Positions 1-12,646 of a DNA stretch of 64,000 nt are shown here, in pieces. The notes below the pieces were generated by a model, which saw nothing but the letters and a program-made list of their open reading frames with translations, was not told where the DNA came from and made no database searches. Source of the DNA: Polyangiaceae bacterium (GTDB lineage: Bacteria > Myxococcota_A > Polyangia > Polyangiales > Polyangiaceae); assembly GCA_044376115.1 (NCBI GenBank), contig JBILLK010000010.1, positions 160,001-224,000 of the forward strand. Direction: 5' to 3'. Within the stretch, counting starts at the first letter, position 1. Every line of letters begins with the position of its first letter. Both the position numbers and the translations under genes were made by a program.

Positions 1-182
1 ATTCCTTCACCAACGCTGATGACTGCAACACCAAGTGCCAGGACTTCACCAACGACCTGGACTTCAACACCAGCATCACCAGCGGTGAGTCGCTCGCCTG
101 CCGCATGTACCACCTCTCGGCTGCGGCCAACAACGGGCTGATGCCGCACTGCGGTCACTTGCTCGACGAGGTTTGCAACTGA
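1..182 (+). CDS. 3' end of a Cys/His-rich protein (partial, myxobacterial 'CRxYH...HCxH' module)
   Basis: Frame from nt 3 reads SFTNADDCNTKCQDF...GESLACRMYHLSAAANNGLMPHCGHLLDEVCN with stop TGA at 180-182. GC3-rich codons; not in the ORF track because the start lies outside the window. Confidence 0.75.
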   Translation, partial: SFTNADDCNTKCQDFTNDLDFNTSITSGESLACRMYHLSAAANNGLMPHCGHLLDEVCN

Positions 183-216
183 GACGCTGACCGCTCGTTC
201 GCGAACGCGTTGCAAC

Positions 217-250
217 CCGAGGCCGCCGAGTTCGACTCTGCGGCCTTCGG
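217..250. terminator. GC-rich hairpin between convergent genes
   Basis: CCGAGGCCGC...GCGGCCTTCGG imperfect inverted repeat followed by CTTTCC. Confidence 0.5.
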
Positions 251-274
251 CTTTCCATCGTTTGTACGCTGCGC

Positions 275-850
275 TCAGCGCTTTGGGCCGAGCTCGGCTT
301 CGAGCTTGGTCAGCGCCTCTTCGATCTCGACGTTGCTCATCAGCCCCAAGTTACGCGTTCGCTCGCGGCCCTCACGGTCGAGGATCACCACGCTCGGGAC
401 GTGGCGTAGTCCGCTGAACGGGCCCTCCCCGCGAATGGTCGGTGCGTCGGCGAGAGCGACGGGAAAGCGCAGGCCCAAAGCGTCGGCGAAGGCCGCGACC
501 AGCACCTCGTTCTCGGGCTGCTCCAGGACAATCAACGCCACATTGATACGCGGCGTGTGATCGCGATGGACCTGCGCCAGGAACTTCACCTGCGCTTGCG
601 AAGGGACGTCATACGTCGTGCCGAAAGCGATCACCGAAATGCGGCCGTGGAGCGACGTGGACTCGAGCGTACCGCCGCGGATCTCGCGGTATTGAAAGCT
701 TACGGGTGGAGCAGCGCTCGCCGGCGTGGTCGTGGCCTCTGGTCGAGCCGGACGCGGCACTTCGGCAGGTACCGGCTCACATGCCCAAAGGCCGCACGCT
801 GCGAGTGCAAGCGCGAACACTCGCGTTCTCCAATCAACTGCTGCTGGCAT
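275..850 (-). CDS. TlpA/peroxiredoxin-like thioredoxin-fold lipoprotein lacking CxxC
   Basis: Lipobox-like GLWAC, Pro/Ala linker, then LHGRISVIAFGTTYDVPSQAQ, cis-Pro loop HVPSVVILDREG. Start 850 or 856 is more plausible than 931. Confidence 0.7.
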   Translation of the reverse strand: MPAAVDWRTRVFALALAACGLWACEPVPAEVPRPARPEATTTPASAAPPVSFQYREIRGGTLESTSLHGRISVIAFGTTYDVPSQAQVKFLAQVHRDHTPRINVALIVLEQPENEVLVAAFADALGLRFPVALADAPTIRGEGPFSGLRHVPSVVILDREGRERTRNLGLMSNVEIEEALTKLEAELGPKR

Positions 851-1457
851 CGGCATCGGGGTTCGCGTCAAAAAGGTTCGCAAACCCAACCATCGAACGT
901 GGGATTTCCTGCCCGAGACGGCGCTGAGCAAGGATCGCGAGGGCTAGCTCCTCCACCACCAGCTTGAGCGGCGTCGCCTCGAGCGCTACGCCTTCGAGTG
1001 AATCGCGGTCTTTGGGTGCATCTTCCTCACGCAAGATGGGGTCGAGTCGCACCCAATCGAAGCCGCGATGCGGGCTGTAGCGACACCACAGCACCTGCAC
1101 GAAGTCCGCGTACAGCGGCGCGATCAACGCTGCTACGCGCATCGAGTCGAAGGAGACGCCACGCAGTGCCACCGTGCGCTTGGTCGAGTGGGGCGTGGCC
1201 GCGCCAATGATGGCCTGACTGATGCGCTCGATGCGACTGGCGTCCGTCTCGACCGAGAGCAGCGGCGCATAAAGAGCAACGATGGGCACACCGAGCTTGG
1301 GGCCGTCTTCCTCCACCGCGGTGAGCCAAGCGTCCCGGCCCTCGGCGGTGAGCGAGCCGTACACGTGAGCGGCTGCGATCGCAGAATCAGGGTCTTTGGC
1401 GAGGGCGGCAAGCCACTCGCGCCAGGCCGCGAGAATGCGCGGTTCAACCGTCGACAC
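834..1457 (-). CDS. hypothetical protein
   Basis: Part of ORF 834..1526. GTG at 1457 overlaps the upstream gene's stop; globular-looking sequence in a co-oriented run. Confidence 0.6.
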   Translation of the reverse strand: MSTVEPRILAAWREWLAALAKDPDSAIAAAHVYGSLTAEGRDAWLTAVEEDGPKLGVPIVALYAPLLSVETDASRIERISQAIIGAATPHSTKRTVALRGVSFDSMRVAALIAPLYADFVQVLWCRYSPHRGFDWVRLDPILREEDAPKDRDSLEGVALEATPLKLVVEELALAILAQRRLGQEIPRSMVGFANLFDANPDADASSS

Positions 1458-1728
1458 GGGCCACCTCGTCGTGCTCCGAGAGCCAAACTCCGCCGGTCTC
1501 CTCCACCAGATCCGCGAGCAGCTCACGCAGCGCAGCTTCCCGCGCGGGCGGCGACGCGATGGTCAGGCTGCCGCCCGACTCGGCAAAGATGGAAGCGAGC
1601 CCCTCACTCGCCTCGACGATGCTCTTTACGAACACCACCTCGCGCGGATCCACCTCGAGCCGATGCTGCACGAGACCTTCGGCAGCGCGTGCAAGCGGCA
1701 GGGGTGAAGTGGACTGAGAGGGACGCAC
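1444..1728 (-). CDS. DUF4911-like small protein
   Basis: VDPREVVFVKSIVEASEGLASIFAE resembles the deltaproteobacterial DUF4911 pattern. Confidence 0.6.
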   Translation of the reverse strand: MRPSQSTSPLPLARAAEGLVQHRLEVDPREVVFVKSIVEASEGLASIFAESGGSLTIASPPAREAALRELLADLVEETGGVWLSEHDEVARVDG

Positions 1729-1800
1729 CGTCTCACGATCTCAGATGTCGACGCGGAGATCCAGGCTTGACGCGACGAGCCGTTGGCGCACTGCTTGGGT

Positions 1801-3135
1801 GTGGTCCGACCTTCCGAGCCCCCGATCCTCGCAACGCAGCCCAATCAGCGTGAGCACCCGCGCGAGGAAGAGGTGGGCTTGCCAAGCGAAGAAGACTTCA
1901 GCATCGACGAACCGCGCGACGACAACGCCGAACAAGGCGAAGCAACGCTTCACAGCGATGACCACGTCTGGGAGGAAGAAGACGGTCAGGTCAGCGGGGA
2001 CCTCGAGCCCGCCACGCTCGCGTTTCATGAGGAAGCACCGCCCTTGTTCGAGGACCATCCGGCCGAGCGCGACGACGCTGCCTCCGGTCCCGAGCTTGAA
2101 GAGCTGCTGGTCGACGAACACGGGCCTTCGTTGGACCGCGGCCTCGAGGGCTTCGCCGATGCGGAGGAAGAGGAGCTCGACGAAAGCGCGCTGCCAGCGA
2201 TGGACGCCGACACCGATGGCGATTTCGAGCTCGACGATCTGCTCGAGGAGTTGGGCTTCGGCAAGACCGGTCTTTGGGAGATCGAGACGGTCTTTGGCGA
2301 GGCCGGAGCCTTGCGTTCGCTGCACGTAGCTCCCGAGGAGATGCTGCTTTCGGCTGGAGACTCCTTGGTGACGATCTCGTTGGCCGGCATCGTGCGCGTG
2401 CGACCGCTCCCCTACCCGCTCGACCAGCTGGCGTCAGTGGTGGGTCTCACGGTGGCGTCTGGCGCAAACGGCGCGGTGAAGCTGGAGCTGAGCGGCGAGC
2501 GACCAACGTTGACGACGCTGCTGGAACAACCTGCAGCGCAACTCGTGATTGCGGCAGGACAGGTCGTGGCCCGAGTAAACGATCGCATCTTCGCGCTTTC
2601 AGCGAGCGGTGCAGAGCCGATCCCTGGACCGAGCGGGGTACGCTCGCTCGCTGCCCGCGCTTCAGTCTTGTGGGTCTTGACCGAGCAAGGGAAGCTCTTG
2701 CACGGCAGCTCCGGCTTCGAGTCGCTCTGCGAACTGCAGCTCGACGCGGAGACCGAGCACACGCTGCAGAGTGGAGCCACCATCCTCGCCAGCAGCTCCG
2801 CCGCCTGCCTGCTGCAAGCCGGCTCGACCCTGCTGCGCGTATCGCGAAGCTCGGCTTCGGTCTCGGTTCGCCTGCCCGAAACGACGCCTACGCAATCACT
2901 CGCTGCGTGCGCGGTTGAAGCCCACGGGCTGGAGTTCTTGGTTGCACGGAGCCATTCGTCGGGCTGCGAGCTGTTGGCGCCGCATTTTGCCGCTGGCGAG
3001 CTCGAGGCGCTGGTCCGCCTGGATACAAGCGGACAAAGCGGCCCCGTTGCGCTGGGTTGGGACCCTTCCTTGCGCCGCGCTTTCATAGCCGGTCCCTTTG
3101 GGCTGCTGACGGTCCGCTCTTTCGAGCAACCCTGA
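1801..3135 (+). CDS. hypothetical protein: very acidic disordered N-terminus plus beta-rich (propeller-like) C-terminal domain
   Basis: ORF 1783..3135. First ~160 aa are D/E-rich and the remainder is short beta-strand repeats; start uncertain (GTG 1801). Confidence 0.6.
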   Translation: MVRPSEPPILATQPNQREHPREEEVGLPSEEDFSIDEPRDDNAEQGEATLHSDDHVWEEEDGQVSGDLEPATLAFHEEAPPLFEDHPAERDDAASGPELEELLVDEHGPSLDRGLEGFADAEEEELDESALPAMDADTDGDFELDDLLEELGFGKTGLWEIETVFGEAGALRSLHVAPEEMLLSAGDSLVTISLAGIVRVRPLPYPLDQLASVVGLTVASGANGAVKLELSGERPTLTTLLEQPAAQLVIAAGQVVARVNDRIFALSASGAEPIPGPSGVRSLAARASVLWVLTEQGKLLHGSSGFESLCELQLDAETEHTLQSGATILASSSAACLLQAGSTLLRVSRSSASVSVRLPETTPTQSLAACAVEAHGLEFLVARSHSSGCELLAPHFAAGELEALVRLDTSGQSGPVALGWDPSLRRAFIAGPFGLLTVRSFEQP

Positions 3136-3184
3136 GGCCCCCCGCAGTTGCGATCAGGCGGCCTAGAGATTAGGGTCTGCCGCG

Positions 3185-6273
<3,089 letters not shown>

Positions 6274-6277
<4 letters not shown>

Positions 6278-6774
6278 CGGTCATTCGGCTCACCGCGGAC
6301 CGGGCGCTCTTTCGCGGGCGCCCCGAAGTCCCAACGCCAGCTCGCCTCAAGCGGGACCTCACCAAGATGCTCGCGTTGTTCGGCCTTGCGGATCCCGAGG
6401 TGAGCCTCTCGCTCGTGTCGGACGCGTCCATTCGTGAAATCAATCGCGAGTGGCGCAAGAAGGACAAGCCCACCGACGTCCTCTCCTTCCCGCAGAATGA
6501 TCTGCCGATCGCGGATCTGTTGCTCGCTGGTAAGACGGCGGCGCTGCTGCTAGGTGACATCGTCATCTCGATCGAGACGGCCGAGCGACAAGCCAAGAAA
6601 CACAAGCGCCCGCTCGCCGATGAAATCACCATGTTGCTCGCGCACGGTCTGCTCCACTTGCTCGGCTTCGATCATCGCAACGACGACGAAGAGCGCGAGA
6701 TGGATGCATACGCGCGCGTGTTGGAAGCGGCGGCCAAGAACCGCAAGCTCCCTCGGCTAACGCTGTCGGCGTAA
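6274..6774 (+). CDS. ybeY: rRNA maturation endoribonuclease YbeY
   Basis: DKPTDVLSFP, LGDIVIS, HGLLHLLGFDH metal motif; GTGA overlap with secA. Confidence 0.96.
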
Positions 6775-6780
6775 TCGTCT

Positions 6781-7992
6781 TCAGCAGCCCACTCCGAGTT
6801 CGCTGAGCAGGCGCGGGATCTCGGCTCTCAAAGCGAAGAAGCCTTTCTGCGCGTAGGGCCAAAACGAACGGTCCCACGGCGCCATACGGCGCACCACCGG
6901 CAGCGCCAGCTCAGCGAGGCGATCAGCCACCGGACCGACGGGTGGATAGGCCGTGACGATGACCTCTGCGCCGTATTCTCGCAGCAGGCCGCTCAGCGCA
7001 TCGCGCGTGAACGGCACAATCCCCGCAGACGGCACGCCTGTTTCCACCGCTGTGCGTTGCAGAGCGTCTTCCATCGCACCAACCTCGAAGGCCGCCACGG
7101 CAGTGCTCGCTCCCAGCGGCGCTCGATGATCGGAGGCCACACCGGCGATCGCCACCGCCTCGCCCATCCGAGGATCGGAGCGCAAGGGCGATAGATCCTC
7201 CTCGGTGAGCAGCAACACGAAGCGCCCGCTCGGCATCGGATCGCTTTTCGGCAGGCGACCCGCAGGCGGGTTCGGCTCACCGGCGACCGGTCGGACCTGG
7301 AGCGCGAGCCGCGGACCATCGACACGCGACACGAAACGGTCGCCGGTGAAACGCGCGATGTTGGACTCGGTCGCGAGGTACGCCTTCCCAGGCGTATGAA
7401 GCCCAACCACCCAGCGCCATGAGAGGGTATTTGAAGCAGGGTCCCCATCGAGCAGGTGACGATAGAAGAAGTCGGCGCCCAAGCTCCAAGGCAGCTCGAG
7501 GGTGAAGCACCAGATCGACGCGAACCACATGCGCGCGTGATTGTGGAGATAGCCGGTCTCGCAGAGCTCACGCGCCCAGGCATCGAAGCACGCGTGACCT
7601 GTGGTTCCGCTCACCGCCTCGCGATAGCGCCGCTCGAGCGATCGATCACGCTCGAGCGCAGCGAGGTCCCGACGCACATCTTCACGATGGCTCTTCCACA
7701 CCGAGGGACGCGTTTCGAGCCAACCTTTCCAATAGCTGCGCCAGCATACTTCTTCGACGAACTTCGCTGAGCTCTGGAGACCGTGGACGGCAACCACGGC
7801 CTGCACCACTTCAGGCTCAGTCAACGACCTGCGTCGCAGCCAGGGCGACAGCCCAGACACATTCTCGCGCTGCGGCCCGTGGTCGAGGTTGCGCAGCTCC
7901 GCGTATCGCTGCCCCGCCGCCGGCAGAAAGGCGTTGAGACGGGCAAGCCCTGCCTTACGGGTGGCGGTCCAACGGGTGTCACCAGGTTCCAT
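6781..7992 (-). CDS. photolyase/cryptochrome family protein with N-terminal FAD-binding domain (NewPHL-type inverted domain order)
   Basis: [39 protein letters not shown] all lie in the N-terminal half; C-terminal alpha/beta segment; 403 aa. Confidence 0.88.
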   Translation of the reverse strand: MEPGDTRWTATRKAGLARLNAFLPAAGQRYAELRNLDHGPQRENVSGLSPWLRRRSLTEPEVVQAVVAVHGLQSSAKFVEEVCWRSYWKGWLETRPSVWKSHREDVRRDLAALERDRSLERRYREAVSGTTGHACFDAWARELCETGYLHNHARMWFASIWCFTLELPWSLGADFFYRHLLDGDPASNTLSWRWVVGLHTPGKAYLATESNIARFTGDRFVSRVDGPRLALQVRPVAGEPNPPAGRLPKSDPMPSGRFVLLLTEEDLSPLRSDPRMGEAVAIAGVASDHRAPLGASTAVAAFEVGAMEDALQRTAVETGVPSAGIVPFTRDALSGLLREYGAEVIVTAYPPVGPVADRLAELALPVVRRMAPWDRSFWPYAQKGFFALRAEIPRLLSELGVGC

Positions 7993-8105
7993 CGGCGAGA
8001 CATAGAGCGGAAGCCGACAAACACAAGTCGCCTCTCGCTTCCTTCGTCGACAACGAGAGCATAACGCACTGCAGCGAAGGAGCCTTCTTCGAGTATCCTC
8101 GCGCC

Positions 8106-10772
8106 ATGACCAGGAGCGTTTATCGATTTGGCAACGGTGTCGCCGAAGGCAACGCCGCGATGAAAGAGCTGCTCGGCGGTAAAGGAGCCAACCTCGCTGA
8201 GATGAGCGTGGCCGGACTACCTGTTCCGCCTGGTTTTACGATCTCGACCGAGGTCTGCCGATCGGTCTTGGCCCAGGGCGGTACCCTCTCTCGCGAGCTC
8301 CTCGAGGAGATCAACGCAGCGCTTGCCGCCGTTGAGGTCGAGCTTGGAGCCAAGTTCGGCGACCCCGAAAAGCCGTTGCTCGTCAGCGTGCGCTCAGGTG
8401 CGGCGGTGAGCATGCCCGGCATGATGGATACCGTGCTCAACCTCGGCATGAATGACGAGGTCGCGGCTGGCCTCGCAGCTCGCACCAAGCGGGACCGCTT
8501 CGCTTGGGACGCTTATCGGCGCTTCCTCGAGATGTTCGCCAACGTCGTGATGAACGTCTCGCGCGCGCCGTTCGAGCACGCGATGGAAAAATTGAAGCGC
8601 GAGCGCGGTGCCCAACGCGACGCGGATCTCACCGCAGAAGATCTACGCGAGCTCGTCGGGCGCTTCAAAGAGACGTACAAGACGCACGCTGGTCACGACT
8701 TCCCGACCAACCCGAGGGAGCAGCTGGAGCGCGCGATCATCGCGGTGTTTCGTTCGTGGAACAGCGACCGGGCGATCAAGTACCGCGAGGTTCAACGCAT
8801 CACCGGCCTCGTTGGCACCGCCGTCACGGTGCAGTCGATGGTGTTCGGCAACATGGGCGAGAGCTCGGGGACTGGCGTCTGTTTCACACGCAACCCCTCC
8901 GATGGAACGCGCGAGCTCTACGGTGAATACCTCGTGGATGCGCAAGGGGAGGACGTGGTTGCGGGGACGCGGACGCCCGAGCCGATCGCCACGTTGCGCG
9001 AAAAGATGCCGGCCATCTATGAAGAGCTCGCCGCGCTGACGCAAAAACTCGAGTCCCACTTCCGCAATATGCAGGACATCGAGTTCACCGTGCAGGAAGG
9101 GCGCTTGTTCATCTTGCAGACCCGGCACGGCAAACGCACCGGACGAGCAGCCGTAAAGATCGCTGTGGACCTCGTGGCAGAGGGCCTCGTCACGCAAGAG
9201 GAGGCTGTCGTCAACTTGGTCGAGCCAGCGCACCTCGACCAGCTGTTGCACCCCTACTTCGCCGATGAGTCGGGATACCGCAAAGCCGGACGAGTGCTGG
9301 CCAAAGGGCTCGCCGCGTCGCCGGGTGCGGCGATGGGCAAGCTGGTGTTCACCGCAGAGGACGCAGAGGCGTGGCGCGCACGCGGCGAGAAGGTCGTGCT
9401 CGCGCGCGTCGAGACCAGCCCGGAGGACGTCGCGGGCATGCACGCAGCGGAAGGCGTGCTCACCAGTCGAGGCGGTATGACCAGCCACGCTGCCGTGGTC
9501 GCACGCGGCTGGGGCAAGCCATGTGTCGCTGGCTGTCACGACGTCGAGATCGACCACGTGACCAAGGTGTTGCGCGCCAACGGCAAGACCCTCGTCGAGG
9601 GGGATTGGATGAGCCTCAACGGCACGACCGGCGAGGTGATCGAAGGCGAGTGCCTACTCACGGACGCGCGCGTCTCCGAGCACATGCTCGCCTTCATGTT
9701 GTGGGTGGATGCAGCTCGCACCATCGGCGTGCGGACCAACGCCGACACGCCCAAAGATGCGGCTGTGGCACGCTCCTTTGGTGCCGAGGGAATCGGGCTT
9801 TGCCGAACCGAGCACATGTTCTTCGAAGAGGGCCGCATCCTGACCATGCGCCGCATGATCCTCTCCGACGACGTGCGTACGCGCACAGCGACGCTGAGTG
9901 AACTCCTGCCCTTCCAACGTGAAGACTTCGCCGGGATCTTCCGCGCGATGGACGGCTATCCGGTGACCATTCGCCTGCTTGATCCTCCGCTGCACGAGTT
10001 CCTCCCCGCCGAGCCGAAGCAACAAGAGGAGGTCGCCAAGGCGATGGGAATGTCGGTGGAGCGCGTGCGCATGCGCATCGCGGCGCTGCATGAGCAGAAC
10101 CCGATGCTCGGCCACCGCGGCTGCAGGCTTGGCGTCACGCACCCCGAGATCACCGTCATGCAGGCTCGAGCGATCCTCGAGGCAGCTTGCATCGTCAGCA
10201 AAGAAGGCAAGCGCGTATTGCCGGAGATCATGGTGCCGCTGGTTGGAACCGTGCGTGAATTCAGCCACCAAAAGGCGCTCGTCGAGCAAACGGCGGAGGC
10301 GGTGTTTCAAGAGCAGGGCCTGCGGGTCGAGTATCTCGTGGGCACCATGATCGAGGTTCCGCGCGCGGCGCTCACCGCCGACGACATCGCCAAAGAGGCG
10401 CAGTTCTTCAGCTTCGGGACGAATGATCTAACGCAGCTGACGCTCGGCTTCAGTCGCGATGACGTGGCCACCTTTCTACCGCGCTATCTGGCGCTCGGGA
10501 TCTACGCCGAGGATCCGTTCAAGACGCTCGATCAACACGGCGTGGGCCAATTGGTGAAGCTCGCTTCTGAGCGCGGCCGCAGCGTGCGCGAGAACCTCAA
10601 GCTCGGGATCTGCGGTGAACACGGCGGTGATCCGAAGTCGGTGGCGTTCTGCGTCGGGCTCGGGCTCGACTACGTAAGCTGCTCGCCTTTCCGCGTGCCG
10701 ATCGCTCGGCTCGCCTCCGCGCAGGCGGCGCTGAAGCAGCGCGGTGTCCGCGAGAAGGCCGGCGAGTCTTAG
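8106..10772 (+). CDS. ppdK: pyruvate, phosphate dikinase
   Basis: [34 protein letters not shown] phospho-His, [22 protein letters not shown]; 888 aa. Confidence 0.98.
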   Translation: MTRSVYRFGNGVAEGNAAMKELLGGKGANLAEMSVAGLPVPPGFTISTEVCRSVLAQGGTLSRELLEEINAALAAVEVELGAKFGDPEKPLLVSVRSGAAVSMPGMMDTVLNLGMNDEVAAGLAARTKRDRFAWDAYRRFLEMFANVVMNVSRAPFEHAMEKLKRERGAQRDADLTAEDLRELVGRFKETYKTHAGHDFPTNPREQLERAIIAVFRSWNSDRAIKYREVQRITGLVGTAVTVQSMVFGNMGESSGTGVCFTRNPSDGTRELYGEYLVDAQGEDVVAGTRTPEPIATLREKMPAIYEELAALTQKLESHFRNMQDIEFTVQEGRLFILQTRHGKRTGRAAVKIAVDLVAEGLVTQEEAVVNLVEPAHLDQLLHPYFADESGYRKAGRVLAKGLAASPGAAMGKLVFTAEDAEAWRARGEKVVLARVETSPEDVAGMHAAEGVLTSRGGMTSHAAVVARGWGKPCVAGCHDVEIDHVTKVLRANGKTLVEGDWMSLNGTTGEVIEGECLLTDARVSEHMLAFMLWVDAARTIGVRTNADTPKDAAVARSFGAEGIGLCRTEHMFFEEGRILTMRRMILSDDVRTRTATLSELLPFQREDFAGIFRAMDGYPVTIRLLDPPLHEFLPAEPKQQEEVAKAMGMSVERVRMRIAALHEQNPMLGHRGCRLGVTHPEITVMQARAILEAACIVSKEGKRVLPEIMVPLVGTVREFSHQKALVEQTAEAVFQEQGLRVEYLVGTMIEVPRAALTADDIAKEAQFFSFGTNDLTQLTLGFSRDDVATFLPRYLALGIYAEDPFKTLDQHGVGQLVKLASERGRSVRENLKLGICGEHGGDPKSVAFCVGLGLDYVSCSPFRVPIARLASAQAALKQRGVREKAGES

Positions 10773-10783
10773 CCGGCGTTGCC

Positions 10784-11422
10784 ATGAAGAACTGGCGCTG
10801 GCTGCTCAGCCTCATCGTCTCGCTCGGGTGTGCCGAGTCGAAGTGGATGGCGCCAGTCAATGGACCTGCCGATCTACGAGCCAAGCCGGGGTTTGCGCGT
10901 CTTTTGTTCATTCGAGAGAGCGTTGATGTGAGCGGGACGTTGGTTCCGATCATGGATGGCGCGGGGCAGTTCGTCGGTGAGTTGCCGATCGCGAGCTGCG
11001 TTGGCGTCGATCTTCCTCAAGGCCAACATCGCTTCATCACGCTGACACAGCCGATGGCTGCGCTCAGCGCCGAAGTGGCGGCTGGGCGTACCTACCTGGT
11101 GGAAGTGCTGGTGCGATTTGGCACTCGCACGCCGCGCTTTTCGCTTTCTCCGCTCAATCGCGCGCAAGCTCGCAAGGCCCTCGCGCGCGCCTCCTCGTGT
11201 TCGGCGCTAGAGGTCGGCGCTGAGCCAGAGGACTTCACGAGCCGCAGCTGGTTACGTGAAGGAGAGCGTCGCGTAGCGCTTGATCGCGAGTTCGGGCTGG
11301 CGGTCTCACTGCACCCGGAGGACGGCCTCGAGCTGAACGGTGGAGCGAGACCACCGGACGAAGCAGGCTCGAGCACGGCGCCGCAGACAGCTCCAGTCAC
11401 TTCGCAGACACCGATTCGTTGA
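10784..11422 (+). CDS. hypothetical lipoprotein (DUF2846-like beta-sandwich)
   Basis: Lipobox VSLGC; GQHRF...VAAGRTYLV pattern. Confidence 0.6.
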   Translation: MKNWRWLLSLIVSLGCAESKWMAPVNGPADLRAKPGFARLLFIRESVDVSGTLVPIMDGAGQFVGELPIASCVGVDLPQGQHRFITLTQPMAALSAEVAAGRTYLVEVLVRFGTRTPRFSLSPLNRAQARKALARASSCSALEVGAEPEDFTSRSWLREGERRVALDREFGLAVSLHPEDGLELNGGARPPDEAGSSTAPQTAPVTSQTPIR

Positions 11423-11493
11423 CGCATCGTCAGCAGCGCGCGGCCGTGTGATCGGACTGGCGGCGGCGGGAACGATGTGTTGAAGATTCGCGC

Positions 11494-12597
11494 ATGATCC
11501 GTGTTCGAAGCACTCTCGCGCTACTCCTAGCCTTGTCCCTTGCCAGCTCCGCTTGCGGCGACAAAGCAACTTCCACCGGCGACGCCAAGGGCGAGTCGGG
11601 GGACAATAAGAAAGACGGTAAAGACAACAAATCCGCCGCCCCCAAGGGGTCAGCCGCAGCCTCCGCACCGGTGAGCGCCACCGCTTCGGCGCCAGCCAAG
11701 CCCGCAGATGCACCGGCAACGGGCGCGGGCAGCGACGCACTCGCGCATCTCCCCGCCAGCTGTGATGTCGCAGTCGCGCTCGATCTGGCGAAGGTTGCCA
11801 AGCACCCCGCAGTTGCCGCTGAGATCGTGCCGCGGCTCGAGGCGATGCTGAAGACCGAGAACCCGAAGGATGATTCGTTCAAGCGCATGCAGGGCTTCAT
11901 GACCGACACCGGTCTCACGCTCAGCAGCCTGAAGTCGGTTGGCGTGTGCGCACGAATGGAAGGCGGAGGCGAGCCCAAGGTCCTCGCGCTGCTCGGCGGT
12001 GACTTCAAGCCCGACACCTTCGTGACGGCGCTCGAGAAGCACAAGAAGCCCGGCAAGGAGACCACGCTCAGCGAGATCGACGGCATCAAGGTCACCTCCG
12101 ACGGCAAGATGTTTCTCGGTCAATTCAGCGACGGCGTGCTCGCCGGGGCTGAGTCGGTGGATACGTTCAAGACGGCGATCAAGCCTGGTGACAATGCCTC
12201 CAAGTTCATGATCGACCGTTCCAAGGAGGTCTCGCTGTACCTGAGCAAGAACCTGATCAAGACCCAGTTCATCAAGAAAGGCAACGCGCTCTTCGAGGAG
12301 CTCGACGAGGCCTACGGCTCGGTGGACCTGACCACCGGGAAGATCATGCTCACGCTCAAGACGCCCTCGGCTGAGTCGGCCAAGAAGGTAGATTCGTACT
12401 TCATCGTCGGCAAAGACGCCTTCCTCAAAGACGGGAAGGTCCCCGCGCAATTTGGCGCCGTCGATGCGGTCAAGTCGATGACCACCAAGGTGGACGGCTC
12501 CAACGTCGTGGTGGAACTCGCCTTCCCCGCCGCGTCGATCACCGATGCAGTGAAGTTCCTCGGCGCACAGCTCGAGGCGGAGAAGGGCAAGCTCTAG
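11494..12597 (+). CDS. hypothetical lipoprotein with Lys/Ala-rich linker
   Basis: Signal peptide ending SSAC; strongly biased codons; 367 aa. Confidence 0.75.
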   Translation: MIRVRSTLALLLALSLASSACGDKATSTGDAKGESGDNKKDGKDNKSAAPKGSAAASAPVSATASAPAKPADAPATGAGSDALAHLPASCDVAVALDLAKVAKHPAVAAEIVPRLEAMLKTENPKDDSFKRMQGFMTDTGLTLSSLKSVGVCARMEGGGEPKVLALLGGDFKPDTFVTALEKHKKPGKETTLSEIDGIKVTSDGKMFLGQFSDGVLAGAESVDTFKTAIKPGDNASKFMIDRSKEVSLYLSKNLIKTQFIKKGNALFEELDEAYGSVDLTTGKIMLTLKTPSAESAKKVDSYFIVGKDAFLKDGKVPAQFGAVDAVKSMTTKVDGSNVVVELAFPAASITDAVKFLGAQLEAEKGKL

Positions 12598-12603
12598 TCG
12601 CTT

Positions 12604-12633
12604 CTGAGTTCTCGCCACAAGGCGAGAACTCAG
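12604..12633. terminator. perfect 13-bp hairpin between convergent genes
   Basis: CTGAGTTCTCGCC-ACAA-GGCGAGAACTCAG. Confidence 0.7.
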
Positions 12634-12646
12634 TCACGCAGGGTAC

